A DNA stretch of 64,000 bases, from contig CAZCIX010000004.1 of NCBI GenBank assembly GCA_964498835.1, positions 1,541 to 65,540 of the forward strand. Reading direction: 5' to 3'. The notes under the pieces are model-generated. The model saw nothing but the letters and a program-made list of their open reading frames with translations, was not told the DNA's origin and did not search any database. Shown in pieces: positions 34,346 through 44,231 of this stretch (position 1 is the stretch's first letter; every line of letters starts with the position of its first letter). The stretch comes from an uncultured Burkholderiaceae bacterium (GTDB lineage Bacteria > Pseudomonadota > Gammaproteobacteria > Burkholderiales > Burkholderiaceae_D). Made by a program: the position numbers and the translations under genes.

Positions 34346-35659
34346 TTAACCGCGCGCATTCATCGGCTTAACATCCCGTGGTTTCGCACCAACAAACAGC
34401 TGACGAGGACGACCAATTTTTTGCTCTGGATCAGAAATCATTTCGTTCCACTGCGCAATCCAGCCCACTGTGCGCGCCATGGCAAAAATACCAGTAAACA
34501 ACGATACCGGAATGCCTAACGCTGATTGAACAATACCGGAATAAAAATCCACGTTTGGATAAAGCTTACGCGATACAAAATATTCGTCTTCTAATGCAAT
34601 TTTCTCCAACGCCATCGCCAATTTAAATAACGGATCATCTTGAAGACCCAACTCGTTCAAAACTTCATAACAAGTTTCACGCATCAATTTTGCTCGTGGA
34701 TCATAATTTTTATACACCCGATGCCCGAAGCCCATCAACCTTACGCCTGAATTTTTGTCTTTGACTTGCTTGACGAACTCAGGAATTTTATCGACAGAGC
34801 CAATTTCTTTCAGCATATTCAATGCTGCTTCATTAGCACCACCATGTGCCGGCCCCCACAAACAAGCAATCCCAGCTGCAATACAAGCAAACGGATTCGC
34901 ACCTGACGATCCAGCCAAACGCACAGTGGAAGTCGAGGCATTTTGCTCATGATCAGCATGCAAAATCAAAATACGATCCAAAGCACGTACCAAAACCTCG
35001 TTAACTTTGTATTCTTCACATGGATTAGAAAACATCATGCGCAAGAAATTCGCGCTATAGGACAAATCATTACGTGGATAAACAAAAGGCTGACCAATCG
35101 AATATTTATATGCCATCGCCACCAATGTTGGCATTTTCGCAATCAAACGAATCGCTGATACTTCACGATGATGCGGATCATTGATATCAAGTGAATCGTG
35201 GTAAAACGAGGCCAAAGCGCCAACCGTCCCCACTAAAACGGACATCGGATGCGCATCACGACGAAAACCACGATAAAAGAATTGCATCTGTTCATGCACC
35301 ATAGTGTGGTGCGTTACCGTATTCACAAACTTGTGTTTTTGCTCAGCGTTCGGCAATTCTGCGTTCAACAACAAATAACAAGTTTCAAGAAAATCGCAAT
35401 TCAGTGCCAGTTGATCGATCGGGTAACCTCGATAAAGCAACTCCCCTTTATCGCCATCAATATAAGTAATCGATGAGTTACAAGAGGCAGTCGACATAAA
35501 ACCTGGATCGTATGTAAATTTACCAGTACTACCGTACAGTTTACGAATATCAATCACATCTGGGCCAACCGTCCCTTTGTAAATGGGAAAAGTAATGGAT
35601 GGTTCACCATTTGAAAAAGATAGCGTAGCTTGATTTTCAGAATTTTCAGGGGTATTCAT
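34346..35659 (-). CDS. gltA: Citrate synthase (type II)
   Basis: 437 aa with conserved catalytic regions ([23 protein letters not shown]). Confidence 0.97.
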   Translation of the reverse strand: MNTPENSENQATLSFSNGEPSITFPIYKGTVGPDVIDIRKLYGSTGKFTYDPGFMSTASCNSSITYIDGDKGELLYRGYPIDQLALNCDFLETCYLLLNAELPNAEQKHKFVNTVTHHTMVHEQMQFFYRGFRRDAHPMSVLVGTVGALASFYHDSLDINDPHHREVSAIRLIAKMPTLVAMAYKYSIGQPFVYPRNDLSYSANFLRMMFSNPCEEYKVNEVLVRALDRILILHADHEQNASTSTVRLAGSSGANPFACIAAGIACLWGPAHGGANEAALNMLKEIGSVDKIPEFVKQVKDKNSGVRLMGFGHRVYKNYDPRAKLMRETCYEVLNELGLQDDPLFKLAMALEKIALEDEYFVSRKLYPNVDFYSGIVQSALGIPVSLFTGIFAMARTVGWIAQWNEMISDPEQKIGRPRQLFVGAKPRDVKPMNARG

Positions 35660-35695
35660 GACTCTTCTTTCTTAAGATAGAGAGATGGTTCATAT

Positions 35696-35962
35696 TCATC
35701 CACGCAATTTGATGAGCAACGCATGGACATGCGGTAAATCCATATTTCCTTCCGGCTCCTTGCGTGCCAATATCAAATCCATTAAATCTTGATCGCTCAA
35801 ATCCAACAAAAGCGTCAATGCATCGACTTCTTCATCGGTCATGGATGTTTCATACACATCAAGAAAACGCGTCAGAATCAAATCATTTTCCAATAACCCA
35901 CGACGCGCACGCCAACGCAAACGGGCACGATTGGCTGGATCAGTTTGATGGTTTGATGTCAT
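35696..35962 (-). CDS. sdhE: FAD assembly factor SdhE (succinate dehydrogenase assembly factor 2)
   Basis: RLRWRARRGLLENDLIL contains the RGxxE motif. The track ORF opens at TTG 35980; the first ATG (Met7) is at 35962. It lies between sdhB and gltA. Confidence 0.85.
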   Translation of the reverse strand: MTSNHQTDPANRARLRWRARRGLLENDLILTRFLDVYETSMTDEEVDALTLLLDLSDQDLMDLILARKEPEGNMDLPHVHALLIKLRG

Positions 35963-36033
35963 AAAAGTGTTAAAACCCAAATAAGATTGAAAATATCAAT
36001 AAACAAAATACAAAAAGGAGTCATGTAATGTAA

Positions 36034-36063
36034 TAAAGGGCGCAGCATGCTGTCGCCCTTTTT
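36034..36063 (-). terminator. Hairpin/terminator after sdhB
   Basis: The minus strand reads gggcgacagcatgctgcgccc followed by TTTATT. Confidence 0.55.
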
Positions 36064-36089
36064 ACACTTTTTTACACTTTACACAGTAT

Positions 36090-36800
36090 TTATACTGTGC
36101 GACGCAGCATCAACTCTTTGATTTTACCGATGGCCTGAGTTGGATTTAAGCTCTTAGGACACACATCAACGCAATTCATAATCGTGTGACAACGGAACAG
36201 GCGATATGGATCTTCCAGATTATCCAAACGCTCGCCAGTTGCTTGATCACGACTATCTGCAATAAAGCGATACGCTTGCAGCAAACCAGCAGGACCAACA
36301 AATTTGTCCGGATTCCACCAGAACGATGGGCAAGAAGTCGAACAGCATGCGCATAAAATACATTCGTACAAACCATCCAATTCTTCGCGCTCTACTGGAG
36401 ATTGCAGACGCTCTTTTTCTGGTGGAATCGTATCGTTGATCAAGAAAGGTTTGATCGAATGATATTGCTTGAAAAACTGCGTCATATCCACGATCAAGTC
36501 ACGAATCACTGGTAAACCAGGCAAAGGTCGCAACACGATGGGCTCAGTCAAATCGTTCAGATTGGTCGTGCAAGCCAAACCGTTTTTGCCATTGATATTC
36601 ATAGCATCGGAACCACACACGCCTTCACGGCAAGAACGACGCAAGGAAAGCGTGTCATCAACATCAGCCTTAATCCGCTGCAAAGCATCCAACAACATCT
36701 TGTCAGTGTCTTTTAATTTCACTGTCAAATGCTGCATATAAGGTTTGGCATCCTTATCAGGATCGTAACGATAAATTTGAAATTTAAGAGTTTGGGACAT
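36090..36800 (-). CDS. sdhB: Succinate dehydrogenase iron-sulfur subunit
   Basis: 236 aa with three Fe-S Cys clusters ([21 protein letters not shown]; [12 protein letters not shown]; [12 protein letters not shown]). Confidence 0.97.
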   Translation of the reverse strand: MSQTLKFQIYRYDPDKDAKPYMQHLTVKLKDTDKMLLDALQRIKADVDDTLSLRRSCREGVCGSDAMNINGKNGLACTTNLNDLTEPIVLRPLPGLPVIRDLIVDMTQFFKQYHSIKPFLINDTIPPEKERLQSPVEREELDGLYECILCACCSTSCPSFWWNPDKFVGPAGLLQAYRFIADSRDQATGERLDNLEDPYRLFRCHTIMNCVDVCPKSLNPTQAIGKIKELMLRRTV

Positions 36801-36839
36801 ATTAAAACCTTAATAAATCTTAATGAACCTGAATTAATC

Positions 36840-38618
36840 TTAGAAAGTACGTGCTTTAGGCGCGAATGTTTCCACCGTTAATGGCTTAGTCACCACAGGC
36901 TTGTACTCCAAACGGTTACCCTCAGAGAACCACAAAGTGTGCTTCATCCAATTCACATCATCACGATTTTCATAATCACGATGCGCGTGTGCACCACGAG
37001 ATTCTTTCCGTGCCACAGCTGATGTGATGGTCGCCTTTGCTGTTTCAATCAGATTATCCAACTCCAACGCTTCTACACGCGCAGTGTTGAATACTTTGGA
37101 TTTATCAGTGTATGAAACATTCTTGCAACGCTCGTTCAATTCCATGATGGCTTTATAGCCCTTTTGCAACAATTCGTCCGTACGGAATACACCGCAATAT
37201 TGTTGCATCGCACTACGAATATCATTAGCCACTGTCTGTACGCGCTCACCACCGGTGCTTGATTCCAATTTAGCCAAACGCTCTCTTGCCATATCAGCTG
37301 CATCGGCCGGCAGAGGTTTGTTATTTTTGGTTTTGAGATTGCTTTGCACCACGTGGTTACCCGCAGCACGACCAAATACCACCAGATCCAATAAAGAATT
37401 GGTACCCAAACGGTTAGCACCGTGGACTGATACGCAAGCACATTCACCAATCGCGTACATACCATTAACAATTTCATTTGGATTGCCATTCTTGGGCGCA
37501 ACCACTTGACCGTGGATGTTGGTAGGAATACCGCCCATTTGATAATGAATGGTTGGAACCACAGGAATTGGCTCTTTAGTCGCATCCACATTGGCGAATT
37601 TATGACCAATTTCAAGAATGGATGGCAAACGTTTTTGAATCACTTCTGCACCGATATGACGCAAATCCAACAAGACGTGATCTTTGTTTGGTCCACAGCC
37701 GCGACCTTCTTTGATCTCTTGATCCATAGAACGAGAAACAAAGTCACGTGGCGCCAAATCTTTATACTGCGGCGCATAGCGTTCCATGAAGCGTTCGCCA
37801 TTGGCGTTAATCAACAGACCACCTTCGCCACGTACGCCTTCGGTAATCAACACACCCGCACCCGCCACGCCGGTTGGGTGAAATTGCCAGAATTCCATAT
37901 CTTCCAAGGGCAAACCAGCCCGTGCTGCCATACCCAAACCGTCACCAGTATTGATAAAGGCGTTGGTGGAAGCAGCAAAAATACGACCTGCACCACCAGT
38001 AGCAAAAATCGTGGTTTTGCCTTCTAAAATCATGATTTCGCCAGTTTCCATCTCTAACGCAACCACGCCCAACACATCGCCATCAGCATCACGGATGATG
38101 TCAATTGCCATCCACTCCACAAAGAAATGGGTTTTGGCACGCACGTTACGTTGATACAAGGTATGCAATAAAGCATGGCCAGTTCTATCCGCTGCTGCGC
38201 AAGCACGTTGCACGGCTTTTTCACCGAAATTGGCGGTATGACCACCAAATGGACGTTGGTAAATCGTACCATCCGCATTGCGGTCAAATGGCATACCGAA
38301 ATGTTCCAATTCGTAAACGACCTTCGGTGCTTCGCGACACATAAACTCAATCGCATCTTGGTCACCTAGATAGTCACCACCTTTAACGGTATCGAACATA
38401 TGCCAATACCAGTTATCTTCAGCCATATTGCCCAATGAAGCGCCAATTCCACCTTGCGCTGCCACGGTATGTGAGCGGGTAGGAAACACTTTAGACAAAA
38501 CAGCAACGTTTAAACCTGCTTCAGCCAATTGCAATGAAGCACGCATGCCGGAACCACCGGCGCCAACAATAACCGCGTCAAAACGGCGAGATGGTATGGT
38601 GGATTTGATTGCCGCCAC
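36840..38618 (-). CDS. sdhA: Succinate dehydrogenase flavoprotein subunit
   Basis: FAD motif VIVGAGGSGMRA and covalent-FAD histidine region RSHTVAAQGG. The likely start is the GTG at 38618 (VAAIKSTIPSRRFD), 2 nt after the sdhD stop. The 38-codon extension in the track ORF overlaps sdhD. Confidence 0.95.
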   Translation of the reverse strand: MAAIKSTIPSRRFDAVIVGAGGSGMRASLQLAEAGLNVAVLSKVFPTRSHTVAAQGGIGASLGNMAEDNWYWHMFDTVKGGDYLGDQDAIEFMCREAPKVVYELEHFGMPFDRNADGTIYQRPFGGHTANFGEKAVQRACAAADRTGHALLHTLYQRNVRAKTHFFVEWMAIDIIRDADGDVLGVVALEMETGEIMILEGKTTIFATGGAGRIFAASTNAFINTGDGLGMAARAGLPLEDMEFWQFHPTGVAGAGVLITEGVRGEGGLLINANGERFMERYAPQYKDLAPRDFVSRSMDQEIKEGRGCGPNKDHVLLDLRHIGAEVIQKRLPSILEIGHKFANVDATKEPIPVVPTIHYQMGGIPTNIHGQVVAPKNGNPNEIVNGMYAIGECACVSVHGANRLGTNSLLDLVVFGRAAGNHVVQSNLKTKNNKPLPADAADMARERLAKLESSTGGERVQTVANDIRSAMQQYCGVFRTDELLQKGYKAIMELNERCKNVSYTDKSKVFNTARVEALELDNLIETAKATITSAVARKESRGAHAHRDYENRDDVNWMKHTLWFSEGNRLEYKPVVTKPLTVETFAPKARTF

Positions 38619-38620
38619 GA

Positions 38621-38995
38621 TTACACTCTCCACAAAATCTGTACCGCCCAGCCGGCACAAGCGATTAACCACAACAGTGTGGCAACTTGCAATGTCAAAC
38701 GAATAGCCATCGGTTTGACATAATCCATCCAAATATCACGCACACCAACCCAGGCGTGATAAAACAAGGCCATCAAAGCAACAAAAGTCGCCATCTTGAA
38801 CCATTGCATAGCAAACATGCCAGCCCAACCCTCATAGCTGAAGTTATTGCCAGTCAAAAATGTGATCAACAAAATAATGGTGTAAATCGCCATCACAACC
38901 GCTGTGACGCGCTGCGCCAACCAATCTTTTAAACCATAATGCGCCCCAACAACCAAACGTTTGGGGCCAACATTGTTTTTGATGTTATTTGCCAT
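38621..38995 (-). CDS. sdhD: Succinate dehydrogenase hydrophobic membrane anchor
   Basis: 124 aa with 3 TM helices, immediately after sdhC. Confidence 0.9.
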   Translation of the reverse strand: MANNIKNNVGPKRLVVGAHYGLKDWLAQRVTAVVMAIYTIILLITFLTGNNFSYEGWAGMFAMQWFKMATFVALMALFYHAWVGVRDIWMDYVKPMAIRLTLQVATLLWLIACAGWAVQILWRV

Positions 38996-39418
38996 TTAAA
39001 ACACTCCAAACAATTTCAATCCAACCAAAATAGTCAGCAATATGCTCACCACCAGCACTTTGGCAGCAGATTTACGCGCGCAATCTTTGCTCAAACCGAT
39101 ATGGTTATCCATCATCAAGTGGCGCAATCCTGCGCAAAAATGATGTAAATAAGCCCAGCAAAGCGCCAAAATCACTAGTTTGGCAAACCAACCTGATGTC
39201 AATCCTTTGAAATGCGAAAAGGAGATTTCAGACGTCAAGCTTTTATCCAACAAAAACAGGATAAAAGGCAGTAGTAAAAACAAAAACATCCCGCTGACAC
39301 GATGCAAAATCGATACCCAACCTGCTAAGGGCAAACGATAGTTCGACAGCTGCGTAATATGGATATTACGAAACTCCGGTCTGTCGCTTTTGCTGACTGG
39401 CTTGGCAGCTTCAGACAT
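38996..39418 (-). CDS. sdhC: Succinate dehydrogenase cytochrome b556 subunit
   Basis: 140 aa with 3 TM helices and the heme-ligand region SILHRVSG. Confidence 0.9.
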   Translation of the reverse strand: MSEAAKPVSKSDRPEFRNIHITQLSNYRLPLAGWVSILHRVSGMFLFLLLPFILFLLDKSLTSEISFSHFKGLTSGWFAKLVILALCWAYLHHFCAGLRHLMMDNHIGLSKDCARKSAAKVLVVSILLTILVGLKLFGVF

Positions 39419-39571
39419 AAAAACACCTCCATTTATTTAACAAATCTTTTAAGAAATCTTCTTTTTAATCGAAAAAACGCGTAATTCTCTCTTATTTTCG
39501 TATCTCGCACCAGTAGTGTTGTCGCGAGTGTCCGGTTAATGTCCGATTTTGTCTTTGATTTCGTATGCATT

Positions 39572-39591
39572 AAACGGTATCAAACGGTATC
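39572..39591. repeat. Perfect tandem decamer aaacggtatc x2 in the sdhC/mdh divergent region
   Basis: The sequence is gcattAAACGGTATCAAACGGTATCattacg. The same 9-mer AAACGGTAT recurs at ~44131, just after acnA. Confidence 0.7.
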
Positions 39592-39605
39592 ATTACGAAT
39601 TCGCA

Positions 39606-39680
39606 GTTTTTACGCATTTTTACGTATTTTTTCGTTTTTCCTCATTATTTTTTCAACCTTGCATTTTTATTCCCTTTTTG
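39606..39680 (+). promoter_or_regulatory. Phased T-tract array (about 10-bp period) covering the mdh promoter/leader
   Basis: The sequence TTTTTACGCA TTTTTACGTA TTTTTTCG TTTTTC ... TTTTTT ... TTTTT ... TTTTT ends at the GGAG RBS of mdh. Confidence 0.5.
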
Positions 39681-39690
39681 GAGATTTACT

Positions 39691-40680
39691 ATGACTAAAG
39701 CACCTATGCGTGTTGCTGTGACTGGCGCTGCTGGCCAAATTGGCTACTCTTTGTTGTTCCGCATTGCCAATGGCGACATGTTAGGCAAAGACCAGCCTGT
39801 TATTTTGCAATTGCTTGAAATTGCTGACGAAAAAGCGCAAAAAGCACTCAAAGGCGTGATGATGGAAATCGACGACTGCGCATTTCCTTTGCTGGTTGGT
39901 ATGAGCGCGCATTCCGATCCAATGACTGCATTTAAGGATATCGATGTTGCATTGTTGGTTGGAGCACGCCCACGTGGACCAGGCATGGAGCGCAAGGATT
40001 TGTTGGAAGCCAATGCGCAAATTTTTACCGTACAAGGCAAGGCATTGAATGCCGTAGCATCACGCAACGTTAAAGTTTTGGTCGTTGGCAATCCAGCCAA
40101 TACCAATGCGTATATCGCCATGAAATCTGCACCTGATTTGCCTAGCAAAAATTTTACCGCCATGTTGCGTTTGGATCACAACCGCGCTTTATCGCAAATC
40201 GCTGCTAAAACTGGCAAGCCCGTTACGTCAATTGAGAAATTGTGCGTTTGGGGCAATCACTCCCCAACCATGTATGCAGACTATCGCTACGCCACCATCG
40301 ATGGCCAATCCGTCAAAGACATGATTAATGACGAAGCCTGGAACAAAGATACCTTCCTGCCAACCGTAGGTAAACGCGGCGCGGCCATCATTGAAGCACG
40401 CGGCTTGTCTTCCGCTGCATCTGCTGCCAATGCAGCGATTGATCATGTACGCGATTGGGTACTTGGCACCAATGGAAAATGGACCACGATGGGTATTCCA
40501 TCAGATGGTTCTTATGGCATTCCCAAAGATACTATTTTTGGTTTTCCAGTGACTACGCAAAATGGCGAATACACCATCGTACAAGGTCTATCGATTGATG
40601 CTTTCTCGCAAGAACGCATTCAAATTACGTTAAATGAATTACAAGAAGAGCGTAATGGTGTAAAGCATTTGGTTGGTTAA
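39691..40680 (+). CDS. mdh: Malate dehydrogenase (LDH-like, NAD-dependent)
   Basis: 329 aa with the N-terminal sequence [27 protein letters not shown]. Confidence 0.96.
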   Translation: MTKAPMRVAVTGAAGQIGYSLLFRIANGDMLGKDQPVILQLLEIADEKAQKALKGVMMEIDDCAFPLLVGMSAHSDPMTAFKDIDVALLVGARPRGPGMERKDLLEANAQIFTVQGKALNAVASRNVKVLVVGNPANTNAYIAMKSAPDLPSKNFTAMLRLDHNRALSQIAAKTGKPVTSIEKLCVWGNHSPTMYADYRYATIDGQSVKDMINDEAWNKDTFLPTVGKRGAAIIEARGLSSAASAANAAIDHVRDWVLGTNGKWTTMGIPSDGSYGIPKDTIFGFPVTTQNGEYTIVQGLSIDAFSQERIQITLNELQEERNGVKHLVG

Positions 40681-40698
40681 CTTAATCCAACAGAGCGC

Positions 40699-40740
40699 GG
40701 CCGGGCCCCTTTGTAGGTGCTCGGCGGTTTGTTTTTTGCT
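40699..40740 (+). terminator. Possible terminator after mdh
   Basis: An imperfect 7-bp GC-rich stem (gccgggc / gctcggc, with one G-U pair) and a 12-nt loop, followed by GGTTTGTTTTTT. Confidence 0.4.
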
Positions 40741-40770
40741 TCTCCCAAGTTATTCAAGCAAGGTTTTTCG

Positions 40771-41307
40771 ATGAAAAAAATTACCTGCATCCTGCTTTCG
40801 ATGCTAACAAGCATCAGCATCAACCTCCTTCCCTCATTGGTTCAAGCTCAAAATCAAACGCAGTTGCCACAACAAACACCAACACAATTACAAGACCAAA
40901 ATCAAGCAACAACGCTCACGCTTGCCATGCTGCAAAAGAACACAAAGAAAAAAATTTCCAAAACAGATTCACATGACGCACACGATTTAAACAATACCAA
41001 TGAAGATGCCAATGAATCAGACATCAAAACTTCTACGGTGACCGAATATCGCTGTGAATTGGGAAATAATGTCTCAATTTACAACAACATCAACGACGAT
41101 CAATATATTGCGCTGCGTTGGAAAAAACGCCTGCACAAATTAACTCGTATTCCAACGTCAACTGGCGCACATCGTTTTGAAAACCGAAAATATGGTCTGC
41201 TTTGGATCAATATTCCCTCCAAAGGAATACTGCTCGATTTAAAAAAAGGCCAGCAATTAGCCAATGAATGCCATACGCCCGAACAAATGGCACAAAGTAC
41301 GAATTAG
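40771..41307 (+). CDS. Secreted protein with a Gln-rich linker and a C-terminal MliC-like (lysozyme-inhibitor fold) domain
   Basis: Met19 of the track ORF gives the signal peptide MKKITCILLSMLTSISINLLPSLVQA. The C-terminal pattern Y-x-C...STGAHRF...LLW...KG...C resembles the MliC family. Confidence 0.5.
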   Translation: MKKITCILLSMLTSISINLLPSLVQAQNQTQLPQQTPTQLQDQNQATTLTLAMLQKNTKKKISKTDSHDAHDLNNTNEDANESDIKTSTVTEYRCELGNNVSIYNNINDDQYIALRWKKRLHKLTRIPTSTGAHRFENRKYGLLWINIPSKGILLDLKKGQQLANECHTPEQMAQSTN

Positions 41308-41363
41308 TGAAATTCACTCACTCCAAGTAAATTACCAAACATTACTAAGACCACGAGGATGCC

Positions 41364-44120
41364 ATGTCTCACACCCCATTAAATACAGCGTTTGATCCTT
41401 CGCAAACCGTGCAGGATTTTTCACTTTCTGATACACAAAAAGGCAAGTTCTACTCCCTGCCAGCGCTGGAAAAATGTCTGGGCATTTCTCTTTCCCGCTT
41501 ACCGGTTTCTATCCGCCTAGTGCTGGAATCTGTGTTACGCAATTGTGATGGCAAAAAAATTACGCCAGAACACGTCAAACAACTCGCTAATTGGTCACCC
41601 AACGCCCCCCGTCTTGATGAAATCCCGTTCGTCGTAGCGCGCGTGGTACTGCAGGATTTTACTGGCGTGCCATTGCTAGCAGATTTAGCAGCCATGCGCA
41701 GCGTGGCGGCTAAGATGAAATTCAATCCTAAAAATATCGAACCATTGGTTCCGGTAGACTTGGTAGTCGATCACTCAGTGCAAGTCGATCACTTCCGTGA
41801 ACAAGGCGCACTCGATTTAAATATGAAGCTGGAATTCTCACGGAATAATGAGCGTTATCAGTTTATGAAATGGGGCATGCAAGCATTCGACACCTTTAGT
41901 GTCGTGCCACCTGGCTTTGGCATCGTGCATCAAGTCAATCTGGAATACTTAGCACGCGGTGTACACAAGCGCACCAATAACGATGGTGATGATATTTATT
42001 ATCCTGACACTTTAGTCGGTACAGACTCTCATACCACCATGATCAACGGTATCGGCGTCGTTGGTTGGGGTGTGGGTGGTATTGAGGCAGAAGCTGGCAT
42101 GCTGGGACAACCGGTCTATTTCTTAACGCCAGACGTCATCGGTGTCAATTTCACCGGCCAGTTACGCGAAGGCTGCACTGCCACGGACTTGGTACTGGCC
42201 GTGACTGAAATGCTGCGCAAAGAAAAAGTCGTCGGCAAGTTTGTCGAATTTTTCGGTGAAGGCGTGGCATCACTCTCCTTAACCGATCGCGCCACTATCG
42301 CCAATATGGCGCCTGAATATGGCGCTACCATGGGCTTCTTTCCTGTCGATGACGCCACAATTGCGTATTTCAAAGGAACGGGACGTAGCGAATCTGAAAT
42401 TCAAGCATTTGGAACCTATTTCAAAGCGCAAAAACTATTTGGCATTCCAAAATCAGGGGACATTGATTACACCCGTGTAGTGGAACTTGATCTGGATACA
42501 GTAGCACCGTCTCTGGCTGGCCCAAAACGACCACAAGACCGGATTGAGTTAGGCACAGTGAAATCACATTTCATTGAATTACTCGGCAAACCTAGCACCG
42601 AAAATGGTTTTAATAAAAAAGAACAGGATATTAACGCCGTCTATCCAAGCACCGATGGTGTCAAGGTCAAAAATGGCGACATCCTAATTGCTGCCATCAC
42701 ATCCTGCACCAACACTTCCAATCCTAGTGTCATGCTGGCAGCTGGCTTGCTAGCAAAAAAAGCTGTCGAAGCCGGCCTTAAGGTGGCACCGCACATCAAA
42801 ACTTCACTTGCTCCAGGCTCGCGTGTCGTAACTGAATATTTGGCGGCAGCTGGTTTGCTTCCTTACCTGGAGCAACTCGGCTTTGGCGTCACCGCGTATG
42901 GTTGTACAACTTGTATCGGCAATGCTGGCGATTTAACACCAGAAATAAACCAAACGATTGTGCAAAACGATATTGTGGCATCAGCTGTTTTGTCAGGTAA
43001 TCGTAACTTTGAAGCACGTATTCATCCCAATATTCGTTCCAACTTCCTCGCATCGCCACCGTTGGTCGTTGCCTACGCGATTGCAGGTAGCATGATGCGT
43101 GACTTGATGACAGAACCAGTGGGGAAAGGTACGGACAAAAATGGCGTTACACGTGATGTTTTCCTACGTGACATTTGGCCTAGCAGCACAGAAATTGCTG
43201 AATTGATGCAATTTGCCCTCAATGCAGAAACCTTTAAACAAAACTACGCTGATGTGAAAGGCAATCCCGGTAAATTATGGGAAAACGTGAGCAGCGTAGC
43301 CGGTCAAGTCTACAACTGGCCAGACTCTACCTACATCGCAGAACCGCCTTTCTTCGACAATTTCACGATGCAACCCGAAGCAGTTGCCAACGGCATACAA
43401 GGTGCGCGCGCTTTAGGTGTGTTTGGTGACTCCATCACGACGGATCATATTTCTCCCGCAGGTGCAATCAAGGAATCCAGTCCAGCAGGCTTGTGGCTGA
43501 CACAGCATGGTGTGATGAAAGCCGACTTTAATTCCTACGGTTCACGTCGCGGCAATCATGAAATCATGATGCGTGGCACATTTGCCAATGTGCGTATCAA
43601 AAATCGCATGATTCCACCAGCAGCCGATGGCTCCAGCGTCGAAGGTGGTATCACCATTCACCAGCCATCCGGTGAAGTCATGCCTATCTACGACGCTGCC
43701 ATGCGTTACATCCAGGATGGCACGCCCACGATGATTTTTGCTGGTGAAGAATACGGCACAGGCTCATCACGCGATTGGGCAGCTAAGGGAACGTATTTAT
43801 TAGGCGTAAAGGCCGTCATTACACGCTCATTTGAACGCATCCATCGCTCTAATCTGATCGGCATGGGCGTCTTGCCACTGCAATTTATTGGTGAAGACAG
43901 TGTGCAAACCCTGAGCATCAAAGGCGATGAAATATTCGACTTGAAAGGTATAGAAGGCGAAATCAAACCACAACAGGAAGTGACACTGGTTATTCATCGT
44001 CGAGATGGTAAGAAGGACGAAGTGCAAGTCTTGTTACGGATTGATACGCCTATTGAGGTCGATTATTACAAACACGGTGGCATTCTGCCTTTTGTGTTGC
44101 GTCAGTTGTTAGCGGCATAA
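41364..44120 (+). CDS. acnA: Aconitate hydratase A
   Basis: 918 aa with Fe-S ligand cysteines in [10 protein letters not shown] and [16 protein letters not shown] is present. Confidence 0.97.
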   Translation: MSHTPLNTAFDPSQTVQDFSLSDTQKGKFYSLPALEKCLGISLSRLPVSIRLVLESVLRNCDGKKITPEHVKQLANWSPNAPRLDEIPFVVARVVLQDFTGVPLLADLAAMRSVAAKMKFNPKNIEPLVPVDLVVDHSVQVDHFREQGALDLNMKLEFSRNNERYQFMKWGMQAFDTFSVVPPGFGIVHQVNLEYLARGVHKRTNNDGDDIYYPDTLVGTDSHTTMINGIGVVGWGVGGIEAEAGMLGQPVYFLTPDVIGVNFTGQLREGCTATDLVLAVTEMLRKEKVVGKFVEFFGEGVASLSLTDRATIANMAPEYGATMGFFPVDDATIAYFKGTGRSESEIQAFGTYFKAQKLFGIPKSGDIDYTRVVELDLDTVAPSLAGPKRPQDRIELGTVKSHFIELLGKPSTENGFNKKEQDINAVYPSTDGVKVKNGDILIAAITSCTNTSNPSVMLAAGLLAKKAVEAGLKVAPHIKTSLAPGSRVVTEYLAAAGLLPYLEQLGFGVTAYGCTTCIGNAGDLTPEINQTIVQNDIVASAVLSGNRNFEARIHPNIRSNFLASPPLVVAYAIAGSMMRDLMTEPVGKGTDKNGVTRDVFLRDIWPSSTEIAELMQFALNAETFKQNYADVKGNPGKLWENVSSVAGQVYNWPDSTYIAEPPFFDNFTMQPEAVANGIQGARALGVFGDSITTDHISPAGAIKESSPAGLWLTQHGVMKADFNSYGSRRGNHEIMMRGTFANVRIKNRMIPPAADGSSVEGGITIHQPSGEVMPIYDAAMRYIQDGTPTMIFAGEEYGTGSSRDWAAKGTYLLGVKAVITRSFERIHRSNLIGMGVLPLQFIGEDSVQTLSIKGDEIFDLKGIEGEIKPQQEVTLVIHRRDGKKDEVQVLLRIDTPIEVDYYKHGGILPFVLRQLLAA

Positions 44121-44231
44121 ATCGATAGCAAACGGTATAAACGCGCTACCTCACACACATAATAAAACGTCGTTCCCGCCTAAAAACGTGGAACGATGAT
44201 AATTTTCTTTGATCACGTTTTGAATACCAAC

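Noticed and set aside
38619-38732. N-terminal extensions of track ORFs: sdhA 38619-38732, nlpD 22686-22745, the DUF465 gene 26601-26735, higA 47460-47552, the DUF5615 gene 50562-50600, rluE 61099-61188 and parC 56633-56674.
   Set aside because: The track uses the longest ORF and allows TTG/GTG starts. The extensions overlap upstream genes or lack an RBS. Internal starts reproduce the canonical N-termini, signal peptides or ATGA couplings.
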